The notes beneath the pieces are model-generated. The model was given only the letters and a program-made list of their open reading frames with translations, had not been told where the DNA came from and did not search any database. A program made the position numbers and the translations under genes. Source: Eledone cirrhosa (taxonomy: Eukaryota). Taken from it: a DNA stretch of 64,000 nucleotides. The DNA lies in assembly GCA_964016885.1 (NCBI GenBank), contig OZ024740.1, forward strand, positions 388,492,001 through 388,556,000, written 5' to 3'. Shown one piece after another: positions 28,001 through 41,900 of the stretch. Each line of letters begins with the position of its first letter. Position 1 is the first letter of the stretch.

Positions 28001-31000
28001 GTATACGTCTACAGTCTAGGGAGAGAGACAAGGGAGACTATATTAAGACTAGTATACGTCTACAGTCTAGGGAGAGAGACAAGGGAGACTATATTAAGAC
28101 TAGTATATGTCTACAGTCTAGGGAGAGAGACAAGGGAGACTATATTAAGACTAGTATATGTCTACAGTCTAGGGAGAGAGACAAGGGAGACTATATTAAG
28201 ACTAGTATACGTCTACAGTCTAGGGAGATTGAGAAATGTCACTATATTAAGACTAGTATATGTCTACAGTCTAGGGAGAGAGACAAGGGAGACTATATTA
28301 AGACTAGTATATGTCTACAGTCTAGGGAGAGAGACAAATGTGACTCTATTAAGACTAGTATATGTCTACAGTCTAGGGAGAGAGACAAAGGAGACTATAT
28401 TAAGACTAGTATATGTCTACAGTCTAGGGAGAGAGACAAAGGTGACTATATTAAGACTAGCATATGTCTACAGTCTAGGGAGAGAGACAAGGGAGACTAT
28501 ATTAAGACTAGTATACGTCTACAGTCTAGGGAGAGAGACAAGGGAGACTATATTAAGACTAGTATATGTCTACAGTCTAGGGAGAGAGACAAGGGAGACT
28601 ATATTAAGACTAGTATATGTCTACAGTCTAGGGAGAGAGACAAGGGAGACCATATTAAAACTAGTATATGTCTACAGTCTAGGGAGAGAGACAAATGTGA
28701 CTATATTAAGACTAGTATACGTCTACAGTCTAGGGAGAGAGACAAGGGAGACTATATTAAGACTAGTATATGTCTACAGTCTAGGGAGAGAGACAAAGGT
28801 GACTATATTAAGACTAGTATACGTCTACAGTCTAGGGAGAGAGACAAGGGAGACTATATTAAGACTAGTATATGTCTACAGTCTAGGGAAAGAGACAAAG
28901 GAGACTATATTAAGACTAGTATATGTCTACAGTCTAGGGAGAGAGACAAGGGAGACTATATTAAGACTAGTATATGTCTACAGTCTAGGGAGAGAGAGAC
29001 AAGGGGGACTATATTAAGACTAGTATATGTCTACAGTCTAGGGAGAGAGACACCTGGTGACTATATTAAGACAAGTATACGTCTACAGTCTAGGGAGAGA
29101 GACAAGGGAGACTATATTAAGACTAGCATATGTTTATAGTCTAGGGAGAGAGACAAATGTGACTATATTAAGACTAGTATACGTCTACAGTCTAGGGAGA
29201 GAGACAAGGGAGACTATATTAAGACTAGTATATGTCTACAGTCTAGGGAGAGAGACAAAGGTGACTATATTAAGACTAGTATATGTCTACAGTCTAGGGA
29301 GAGAGAGACAAGGGAGACTATATTAAGACGAGTATACGTCTACAGTCTAGGGAGAGAGACAAGGGAGACTATATTAAGACTAGTATATGTCTACAGTCTA
29401 GGGAGAGAGACAAAGGTGACTATATTAAGACTAGTATACGTCTACAGTCTAGGGAGAGAGACAAGGGAGACTATATTAAGACTAGTTTATGTCTACAGTC
29501 TAGGGAGAGAGACAAGGGAGACTATATTAAGACTAGTATATGTCTACAGTCTAGGGAAAGAGACAAAGGAGACTATATTAAGACTAGTATATGTCTACAG
29601 TCTAGGGAGAGAGACAAGGGAGACTATATTAAGACTAGTATATGTCTACAGTCTAGGGAGAGAGAGACAAGGGGGACTATATTAAGACTAGTATATGTCT
29701 ACAGTCTAGGGAGAGAGACACCTGGTGACTATATTAAGACAAGTATACGTCTACAGTCTAGGGAGAGAGACAAGGGAGACTATATTAAGACTAGTATATG
29801 TTTATAGTCTAGGGAGAGAGACAAATGTGACTATATTAAGACTAGTATACGTCTACAGTCTAGGGAGAGAGACAAGGGAGACTATATTAAGACTAGTATA
29901 TGTCTACAGTCTAGGGAGAGAGACAAAGGTGACTATATTAAGACTAGTATATGTCTACAGTCTAGGGAGAGAGAGACAAGGGAGACTATATTAAGACGAG
30001 TATACGTCTACAGTCTAGGGAGAGAGACAAGGGAGACTATATTAAGACTAGTATATGTCTACAGTCTAGGGAGAGAGACAAAGGTGACTATATTAAGACT
30101 AGTATACGTCTACAGTCTAGGGAGAGAGACAAGGGAGACTATATTAAGACTAGTATACGTCTACAGTCTAGGGAGAGAGACAAGGGAGACTATATTAAGA
30201 CTAGTATATGTCTACAGTCTAGGGAGAGAGACAAGGGAGACTATATTAAGACTAGTATATGTCTACAGTCTAGGGAGAGAGACAAGGGAGACTATATTAA
30301 GACTAGTATATGTCTACAGTCTAGGGAGAGAGACAAGGGAGACTATATTAAGACTAGTATACGTCTACAGTCTAGGGAGAGAGACAAGGGAGACTATATT
30401 AAGACTAGTATATGTCTACAGTCTAGGGAGAGAGACAAGGGAGACTAAATTAAGACTAGTATACGTCTACAGTCTAGGGAGAGAGACAAGGGAGACTATA
30501 TTAAGACTAGTATATGTCTACAGTCTAGGGAGAGAGACAAGGGAGACTATATCAAGACTAGTATATGTCTATATTCTAGGGAGAGAGACAAAGGTGACAA
30601 TATTAAGACTAGTATATGTCTACAGTCTAGGGAGAGAGACAAGGGAGACTATATTAAGACTAGTATATGTCTACAGTCTAGGGAGAGAGAGACAAAGGAG
30701 ACTATATCAAGACTAGTATACGTCTACAATCTAGGGAGAGAGACAAAGGTGACAATATTAAGACTAGTATACGTCTACAGTCTAGGGAGAGAGACAAAGG
30801 TGACTATATTAAGACTAGCATATGTCTACAGTCTAGGGAGAGAGACAAGGGAGACTATATTAAGACTAGTATACGTCTACAGTCTAGGGACAGAGACAAG
30901 GGAGACCATATTAAGACTAGTATATGTCTACAGTCCAGGGAGAGAGACAAGGAGACTATATTAAGACTAGTATATGTCTACAATCTAGGGAGAGAGACAA

Positions 31001-34000
31001 AGGTGACTATATTAAGACTAGTATATGTCTACAGTCTAGGGAGAGAGACAAGGGAGACTATATTAAGACTAGTATACGTCTACAGTCTAGGGAGATTGAG
31101 AAATGTCACTATATTAAGACTAGTATATGTCTACAGTCTAGGGAGAGAGACAAGGGAGACTATATTAAGACTAGTATATGTCTACAGTCTAGGGAGAGAG
31201 ACAAATGTGACTCTATTAAGACTAGTATATGTCTACAGTCTAGGGAGAGAGACAAAGGAGACTATATTAAGACTAGTATATGTCTACAGTCTAGGGAGAG
31301 AGACAAAGGTGACTATATTAAGACTAGCATATGTCTACAGTCTAGGGAGAGAGACAAGGGAGACTATATTAAGACTAGTATACGTCTACAGTCTAGGGAG
31401 AGAGACAAGGGAGACTATATTAAGACTAGTATATGTCTACAGTCTAGGGAGAGAGACAAGGGAGACTATATTAAGACTAGTATATGTCTACAGTCTAGGG
31501 AGAGAGACAAGGGAGACCATATTAAAACTAGTATATGTCTACAGTCTAGGGAGAGAGACAAATGTGACTATATTAAGACTAGTATACGTCTACAGTCTAG
31601 GGAGAGAGACAAGGGAGACTATATTAAGACTAGTATATGTCTACAGTCTAGGGAGAGAGACAAAGGTGACTATATTAAGACTAGTATACGTCTACAGTCT
31701 AGGGAGAGAGACAAGGGAGACTATATTAAGACTAGTATATGTCTACAGTCTAGGGAAAGAGACAAAGGAGACTATATTAAGACTAGTATATGTCTACAGT
31801 CTAGGGAGAGAGACAAGGGAGACTATATTAAGACTAGTATATGTCTACAGTCTAGGGAGAGAGAGACAAGGGGGACTATATTAAGACTAGTATATGTCTA
31901 CAGTCTAGGGAGAGAGACACCTGGTGACTATATTAAGACAAGTATACGTCTACAGTCTAGGGAGAGAGACAAGGGAGACTATATTAAGACTAGCATATGT
32001 TTATAGTCTAGGGAGAGAGACAAATGTGACTATATTAAGACTAGTATACGTCTACAGTCTAGGGAGAGAGACAAGGGAGACTATATTAAGACTAGTATAT
32101 GTCTACAGTCTAGGGAGAGAGACAAAGGTGACTATATTAAGACTAGTATATGTCTACAGTCTAGGGAGAGAGAGACAAGGGAGACTATATTAAGACGAGT
32201 ATACGTCTACAGTCTAGGGAGAGAGACAAGGGAGACTATATTAAGACTAGTATATGTCTACAGTCTAGGGAGAGAGACAAAGGTGACTATATTAAGACTA
32301 GTATACGTCTACAGTCTAGGGAGAGAGACAAGGGAGACTATATTAAGACTAGTATATGTCTACAGTCTAGGGAGAGAGACAAGGGAGACTATATTAAGAC
32401 TAGTATATGTCTACAGTCTAGGGAAAGAGACAAAGGAGACTATATTAAGACTAGTATATGTCTACAGTCTGCGGAGAGAGACAAGGGAGACTATATTAAG
32501 ACTAGTATATGTCTACAGTCTAGGGAGAGAGAGACAAGGGGGACTATATTAAGACTAGTATATGTCTACAGTCTAGGGAGAGAGACACCTGGTGACTATA
32601 TTAAGACAAGTATACGTCTACAGTCTAGGGAGAGAGACAAGGGAGACTATATTAAGACTAGTATATGTTTATAGTCTAGGGAGAGAGACAAATGTGACTA
32701 TATTAAGACTAGTATACGTCTACAGTCTAGGGAGAGAGACAAGGGAGACTATATTAAGACTAGTATATGTCTACAGTCTAGGGAGAGAGACAAAGGTGAC
32801 TATATTAAGACTAGTATATGTCTACAGTCTAGGGAGAGAGAGACAAGGGAGACTATATTAAGACGAGTATACGTCTACAGTCTAGGGAGAGAGACAAGGG
32901 AGACTATATTAAGACTAGTATATGTCTACAGTCTAGGGAGAGAGACAAAGGTGACTATATTAAGACTAGTATACGTCTACAGTCTAGGGAGAGAGACAAG
33001 GGAGACTATATTAAGACTAGTATACGTCTACCGTCTAGGGAGAGAGACAAGGGAGACTATATTAAGACTAGTATATGTCTACAGTCTAGGGAGAGAGACA
33101 AGGGAGACTAAATTAAGACTAGTATACGTCTACAGTCTAGGGAGAGAGACAAGGGAGACTATATTAAGACTAGTATATGTCTACAGTCTAGGGAGAGAGA
33201 CAAGGGAGACTATATCAAGACTAGTATATGTCTATATTCTAGGGAGAGAGACAAAGGTGACAATATTAAGACTAGTATATGTCTACAGTCTAGGGAGAGA
33301 GACAAGGGAGACTATATTAAGACTAGTATATGTCTACAGTCTAGGGAGAGAGAGACAAAGGAGACTATATCAAGACTAGTATACGTCTACAATCTAGGGA
33401 GAGAGACAAAGGTGACAATATTAAGACTAGTATACGTCTACAGTCTAGGGAGAGAGACAAAGGTGACTATATTAAGACTAGCATATGTCTACAGTCTAGG
33501 GAGAGAGACAAGGGAGACTATATTAAGACTAGTATACGTCTACAGTCTAGGGACAGAGACAAGGGAGACCATATTAAGACTAGTATATGTCTACAGTCCA
33601 GGGAGAGAGACAAGGAGACTATATTAAGACTAGTATATGTCTACAATCTAGGGAGAGAGACAAAGGTGACTATATTAAGACTAGTATATGTCTACAGTCT
33701 AGGGAGAGAGACAAGGGAGACTATATTAAGACTAGTATACGTCTACAGTCTAGGGAGATTGAGAAATGTCACTATATTAAGACTAGTATATGTCTACAGT
33801 CTAGGGAGAGAGACAAGGGAGACTATATTAAGACTAGTATATGTCTACAGTCTAGGGAGAGAGACAAATGTGACTCTATTAAGACTAGTATATGTCTACA
33901 GTCTAGGGAGAGAGACAAAGGAGACTATATTAAGACTAGTATATGTCTACAGTCTAGGGAGAGAGACAAAGGTGACTATATTAAGACTAGTATATGTCTA

Positions 34001-37000
34001 CAGTCTAGGGAGAGAGACAAGGGGGACTATATCAAGACTAATATATATCTATAGTCTAGGGAGAAAGACAAGGGAGACTATATTAAGACTAGTATACGTC
34101 TACAGTCTAGGGAGAGAGACAAGGGAGACTATATTAAGACTAGTATATGTCTACAGTCTAGGGAGAGAGACAAAGGTGACTATATTAAGACTAGTATATG
34201 TCTACAATCTAGGGAGAGAGACAAAGGAGACTATATTAAGACTAGTATATGTCTACAATCTAGGGAGAGAGACAAAGGAGACTATATTAAGACTAGTATA
34301 TGTCTACAATCTAGGGAGAGAGACAAAGGAGACTATATTAAGACTAGTATACGTCTGCAGTCTAGGGAAAGAGACAAGGGAGACTATATTAAGTCTAGTA
34401 TATGTCTACAGTCTAGGGAGAGAGACAAGGGAGACTATATTAAGACTAGTATATGTCTACAGTCTAGGGAGAGAGACAAGGGAGACTATATTAAGACTAG
34501 TATATGTCTACAATCTAGGGAGAGAGACAAAGAAGACTATATTAAGACTAGTATATGTCTACAGTCTAGGGAAAGAGAGACAAAGGAGACTATATTAAGA
34601 CTCGTATATGTCTACAGTCTAGGGAGAGAGAGACAAGGGAGACTATATTAAGACTAGTATATGTCTACAGTCTAGGGAGAGAGACAAGGGAGACTATATT
34701 AAGACTAGTATATGTCTACAGTCTAGGGAGAGAGACAAGGGAGACTATATTAAGACTAGTATATGTCTACAGTCTAGGGAGAGAGACAAAGGTGACTATA
34801 TTAAGACTAGTATATGTCTACAGTCTAGGGAGAGAGACAAAGGTGACTATATTAAGACTAGTATACGTCTACAGTCTAGGGAGAGAGACAAAGGAGACTA
34901 TATTAAAACTAGTATATGTCTACAGTCCAGGGAGAGAGACAAAGGAGACTATATTAAGACTAGTATACGTCTACAGTCTAGGGAGAGAGACAAGGGAGAC
35001 TATATTAAGACTAGTATATGTCTACAGTCTAGGGAGAGAGACAAAGGTGACTATATTAAGACTAGTATACGTCTACAGTCTAGGGAGAGAGACAAGGGAG
35101 ACTATATTAAGACTAGTATATGTCTACAGTCTAGGGAGAGAGAGAAAGGTGACCATATTAAGACTAGTATATGTCTACAATCTAGGGAGAGAGACAAGGG
35201 AGACTATATTAAGACTAGTATACGTCTACAGTCTAGGGAGAGAGACAAAGGAGACTATATTAAGACTAGTATATGTCTACAATCTAGGGAGAGAGACAAA
35301 GGTGACTATATTAAAACTAGTATATGTCTACAGTCTAGGGAGAGAGACAAGGGAGACTATATTAAAACTAGTATATGTCTACAGTCTAGGGAGAGAGACA
35401 AGGGAGACTATATTAAGACTAGTATATGTCTACAGTCTAGGGAGAGAGACAAGGGAGACTATATTAAGACTAGTATACGTCTACAGTCTAGGGAGAGAGA
35501 CAAAGGTGACTATTTTACGACTAGTATACGTCTACAGTCTAGGGAGAGAGACAAGGGAGGCTATATTAAGACTAGTACATGTTTATAGTCTAGGGAGAGA
35601 GACAAAGGTGACTATATTAAGACTAGTATATGTCTACAATCTAGGGAGAGAGACAAAGGTGACAATATTAAGACTAGTATATGTCTACAGTATAGGGAGA
35701 GAGACAAGGGAGACTATATTAAGACTAGTATATGTCTACAGTCTAGGGAGAGAGACAAAGGTGACTATATTAAGACTAGTATATGTCTACAATCTAGGGA
35801 GAGAGACAAAGGTGACAATATTAAGACTAGTATATGTCTACAGTCTAGGGAGAGAGACAAGGGAGACTATATTAAGACTAGTATATGTCTACAGTCTAGG
35901 GACAGAGACAAGGGAGACTATATTAAGACTAGTATATGTCTACAGTCTAGGGAGAGAGACAAAGGTGACAATATTAAGACTAGTATATGTCTACAGTCTA
36001 GGGAGAGAGACAAGGGAGACTATATTAAGACTAGTATATGTCTACAGTCTAGGGAGAGAGACAAGGGAGACCATATTAAGACTAGTATATGTCTACAGTC
36101 TAGGGAAAGAGACAAAGGAGACTATATTATGACTAGTATATGTCTACACTCTAGGGAGAGAGAGAAAGGTGACCATATTAAGACTAGTATATGTCTACAA
36201 TCTAGGGAGAGAGATAAGGGAGACTATATCAAGACTAGTATACGTCTACAGTCTAGGGAGAAAGACAAGGGAGACTATATCAAGACTAGTAAATGTCTAC
36301 AGTCTAGGGAAAGAGACAAAGGAGACTATATTAAGACTAGTATACGTCTACAGTCTAGGGAGAGAGACAAGGGAGACTATATTAAGACTAGTATATGTCT
36401 ACAGTCTAGGGAGAGAGACAAAGGTGACTATATTAAGACTAGTATACGTCTACAGTCTAGGGAGAGAGACAAGGGAGACTATATTAAGACTAGTATATGT
36501 CTACAGTCTAGGGAAAGAGACAAAGGAGACTATATTAAGACTAGTATATGTCTACAGTCTAGGGAGAGAGACAAGGGAGACTATATTAAGACTAGTATAT
36601 GTCTACAGTCTAGGGAGAGAGAGACAAGGGGGACTATATTAAGACTAGTATATGTCTACAGTCTAGGGAGAGAGACACCTGGTGACTATATTAAGACAAG
36701 TATACGTCTACAGTCTAGGGAGAGAGACAAGGGAGACTATATTAAGACTAGTATATGTTTATAGTCTAGGGAGAGAGACAAATGTGACTATATTAAGACT
36801 AGTATACGTCTACAGTCTAGGGAGAGAGACAAGGGAGACTATATTAAGACTAGTATATGTCTACAGTCTAGGGAGAGAGACAAAGGTGACTATATTAAGA
36901 CTAGTATATGTCTACAGTCTAGGGAGAGAGAGACAAGGGAGACTATATTAAGACGAGTATACGTCTACAGTCTAGGGAGAGAGACAAGGGAGACTATATT

Positions 37001-38999
37001 AAGACTAGTATATGTCTACAGTCTAGGGAGAGAGACAAGGGAGACTATATTAAGACTAGTATATGTCTACAGTCTAGGGAGAGAGACAAGGGAGACTATA
37101 TTAAGACTAGTATATGTCTACAGTCTAGGGAGAGAGACGAGGGAGACTATATTAAGACTAGTATACGTCTACAGTCTAGGGAGAGAGACAAGGGAGACTA
37201 TATTAAGACTAGTATATGTCTACAGTCTAGGGAGAGAGACAAGGGAGACTAAATTAAGACTAGTATACGTCTACAGTCTAGGGAGAGAGACAAGGGAGAC
37301 TATATTAAGACTAGTATATGTCTACAGTCTAGGGAGAGAGACAAGGGAGACTATATCAAGACTAGTATATGTCTACAATCTAGGGAGAGAGACAAAGGTG
37401 ACTATATTAAAACTAGTATATGTCTACAGTCTAGGGAGAGAGACAAGGGAGACAATATTAAAACTAGTATATGTCTACAGTCTAGGGAGAGAGACAAGGG
37501 AGACTATATTAAGACTAGTATATGTCTACAGTCTAGGGAGAGAGACAAGGGAGACTATATTAAGACTAGTATACGTCTACAGTCTAGGGAGAGAGACAAA
37601 GGTGACTATTTTACGACTAGTATACGTCTACAGTCTAGGGAGAGAGACAAGGGAGACTATATTAAGACTAGTACATGTTTATAGTCTAGGGAGAGAGACA
37701 AAGGTGACTATATTAAGACTAGTATATGTCTACAATCTAGGGAGAGAGACAAAGGTGACAATATTAAGACTAGTATATGTCTACAGTCTAGGGAGAGAGA
37801 CAAGGGAGACTATATTAAGACTAGTATATGTCTACAGTCTAGGGAGAGAGACAAAGGTGACTATATTAAGACTAGTATATGTCTACAATCTAGGGAGAGA
37901 GACAAAGGTGACAATATTAAGACTAGTATATGTCTACAGTCTAGGGAGAGAGACAAGGGAGACTATATTAAGACTAGTATATGTCTACAGTCTAGGGACA
38001 GAGACAAGGGAGACTATATTAAGACTAGTATATGTCTACAGTCTAGGGAGAGAGACAAAGGTGACAATATTAAGACTAGTATATGTCTACAGTCTAGGGA
38101 GAGAGACAAGGGAGACTATATTAAGACCAGTATATGTCTACAGTCTAGGGAGAGAGACAAAGGTGACTATATTAAGACTAGTATATGTCTACAGTCTAGG
38201 GAGAGAGACAAGGGAGACTATATTAAGACTAGTATATGTCTACAGTCTAGGGAGAGAGACAAGGGAGACCATATTAAGACTAGTATATGTCTACAGTCTA
38301 GGGAAAGAGACAAAGGAGACTATATTAAGACTAGTATATGTCTACACTCTAGGGAGAGAGAGAAAGGTGACCATATTAAGACTAGTATATGTCTACAATC
38401 TAGGGAGAGAGATAAGGGAGACTATATCAAGACTAGTATACGTCTACAGTCTAGAGAGAGAGAGACAAAGGTGACTATATCAAGACTAGTATACGTCTAC
38501 AGTCTAGGGAGAAAGACAAGGGAGACTATATCAAGACTAGTAAATGTCTACAGTCTAGGGAAAGAGACAAAGGAGACTATATTAAGACTAGTATACGTCT
38601 ACAGTCTAGGGAGAGAGACAAGGGAGACTATATTAAGACTAGTATATGTCTACAGTCTAGGGAGAGAGACAAAGGTGACTATATTAAGACTAGTATACGT
38701 CTACAGTCTAGGGAGAGAGACAAGGGAGACTATATTAAGACTAGTATATGTCTACAGTCTAGGGAAAGAGACAAAGGAGACTATATTAAGACTAGTATAT
38801 GTCTACAGTCTAGGGAGAGAGACAAGGGAGACTATATTAAGACTAGTATATGTCTACAGTCTAGGGAGAGAGAGACAAGGGGGACTATATTAAGACTAGT
38901 ATATGTCTACAGTCTAGGGAGAGAGAGACCTGGTGACTATATTAAGACAAGTATACGTCTACAGTCTAGGGAGAGAGACAAGGGAGACTATATTAAGAC

Positions 39000-41900
39000 T
39001 AGTATACGTCTACAGTCTAGGGAGAGAGACAAGGGAGACTATATTAAGACTAGTATATGTCTACAGTCTAGGGAGAGAGACAAGGGAGACTATATTAAGA
39101 CTAGTATATGTCTACAGTCTAGGGAGAGAGACAAGGGAGACTATATTAAGACTAGTATATGTCTACAGTCTAGGGAGAGAGACAAGGGAGACTATATTAA
39201 GACTAGTATACGTCTACAGTCTAGGGAGAGAGACAAGGGAGACTATATTAAGACTAGTATATGTCTACAGTCTAGGGAGAGAGACAAGGGAGACTAAATT
39301 AAGACTAGTATACGTCTACAGTCTAGGGAGAGAGACAAGGGAGACTATATTAAGACTAGTATATGTCTACAGTCTAGGGAGAGAGACAAGGGAGACTATA
39401 TCAAGACTAGTATATGTCTATATTCTAGGGAGAGAGACAAAGGTGACAATATTAAGACTAGTATATGTCTACAGTCTAGGGAGAGAGACAAGGGAGACTA
39501 TATTAAGACTAGTATATGTCTACAGTCTAGGGAGAGAGAGACAAAGGAGACTATATCAAGACTAGTATACGTCTACAATCTAGGGAGAGAGACAAAGGTG
39601 ACAATATTAAGACTAGTATACGTCTACAGTCTAGGGAGAGAGACAAAGGTGACTATATTAAGACTAGCATATGTCTACAGTCTAGGGAGAGAGACAAGGG
39701 AGACTATATTAAGACTAGTATATGTCTACAGTCTAGGGAGAGAGACAAATGTGACTATATTAAGACTAGTATATGTCTACAGTCTAGGGAGAGAGACAAA
39801 GGAGACTATATTAAGACTAGTATATGTCTACAGTCTAGGGAGAGAGACAAAGGTGACTATATTAAGACTAGCATATGTCTACAGTCTAGGGAGAGAGACA
39901 AGGGAGACTATATTAAGACTAGTATACGTCTACAGTCTAGGGAGAGAGACAAGGGAGACTATATTAAGACTAGTATATGTCTACAGTCTAGGGAGAGAGA
40001 CAAGGGAGACTATATTAAGACTAGTATATGTCTACAGTCTAGGGAGAGAGACAAGGGAGACCATATTAAGACTAGTATATGTCTACAGTCCAGGGAGAGA
40101 GACAAGGAGACTATATTAAGACTAGTATATGTCTACAGTCTAGGGAGAGAGACAAAGGTGACTATATTAAGACTAGTATATGTCTACAGTCTAGGGAGAG
40201 AGACAAGGGAGACTATATTAAGACTAGTATACGTCTACAGTCTAGGGAGATTGAGAAATGTCACTATATTAAGACTAGTATATGTCTACAGTCTAGGGAG
40301 AGAGACAAGGGAGACTATATTAAGACTAGTATATGTCTACAGTCTAGGGAGAGAGACAAATGTGACTATATTAAGACTAGTATATGTCTACAGTCTAGGG
40401 AGAGAGACAAAGGAGACTATATTAAGACTAGTATATGTCTACAGTCTAGGGAGAGAGACAAAGGTGACTATATTAAGACTAGCATATGTCTACAGTCTAG
40501 GGAGAGAGACAAGGGAGACTATATTAAGACTAGTATACGTCTACAGTCTAGGGAGAGAGACAAGGGAGACTATATTAAGACTAGTATATGTCTACAGTCT
40601 AGGGAGAGAGACAAGGGAGACTATATTAAGACTAGTATATGTCTACAGTCTAGGGAGAGAGACAAGGGAGACCATATTAAAACTAGTATATGTCTACAGT
40701 CTAGGGAGAGAGACAAATGTGACTATATTAAGACTAGTATATGTCTACAGTCTAGGGAGAGAGACAAAGGTGACTATATTAAGACTAGCATATGTCTACA
40801 GTCTAGGGAGAGAGACATGGGAGACTATATTAAGACTAGTATATGTCTACAGTCTAGGGAGAGAAACAAGGGAGACCATATTAAAACTAGTATATGTCTA
40901 CAGTCTAGGGAGAGAGACAAATGTGACTATATTAAGACTAGTATATGTCTACAGTCTAGGGAGAGAGACAAAGGTGACTATATTAAGACTAGCATATGTC
41001 TACAGTCTAGGGAGAGAGACAAGGGAGACTATATTAAGACTAGTATATGTCTACAGTCTAGGGAGAGAGACAAAGGTGACTATATTAAGACTAGTATATG
41101 TCTACAGTCTAGGGAGAGAGACAAAGGTGACTATATTAAGACTAGCATATGTCTACAGTCTAGGGAGAGAGACAAAGGTGACTATATTAAGACTAGTATA
41201 TGTCTACAGTCTAGGGAGAGAGACAAGGGGGACTATATCAAGACTAATATATATCTATAGTCTAGGGAGAAAGACAAGGGAGACTATATTAAGACTAGTA
41301 TACGTCTACAGTCTAGGGAGAGAGACAAGGGAGACTATATTAAGACTAGTATATGTCTACAGTCTAGGGAGAGAGACAAAGGTGACTATATTAAGACTAG
41401 TATATGTCTACAATCTAGGGAGAGAGACAAAGGAGACTATATTAAGACTAGTATATGTCTACAATCTAGGGAGAGAGACAAAGGAGACTATATTAAGACT
41501 AGTATATGTCTACAATCTAGGGAGAGAGACAAAGGAGACTATATTAAGACTAGTATACGTCTACAGTCTAGGGAAAGAGACAAGGGAGACTATATTAAGT
41601 CTAGTATATGTCTACAGTCTAGGGAGAGAGACAAGGGAGACTATATTAAGACTAGTATATGTCTACAGTCTAGGGAGAGAGACAAGGGAGACTATATTAA
41701 GACTAGTATATGTCTACAATCTAGGGAGAGAGACAAAGGAGACTATATTAAGACTAGTATATGTCTACACTCTAGGGAAAGAGAGACAAAGGAGACTATA
41801 TTAAGACTCGTATATGTCTACAGTCTAGGGAGAGAGAGACAAGGGAGACTATATTAAGACTAGTATATGTCTACAGTCTAGGGAGAGAGACAAGGGAGAC

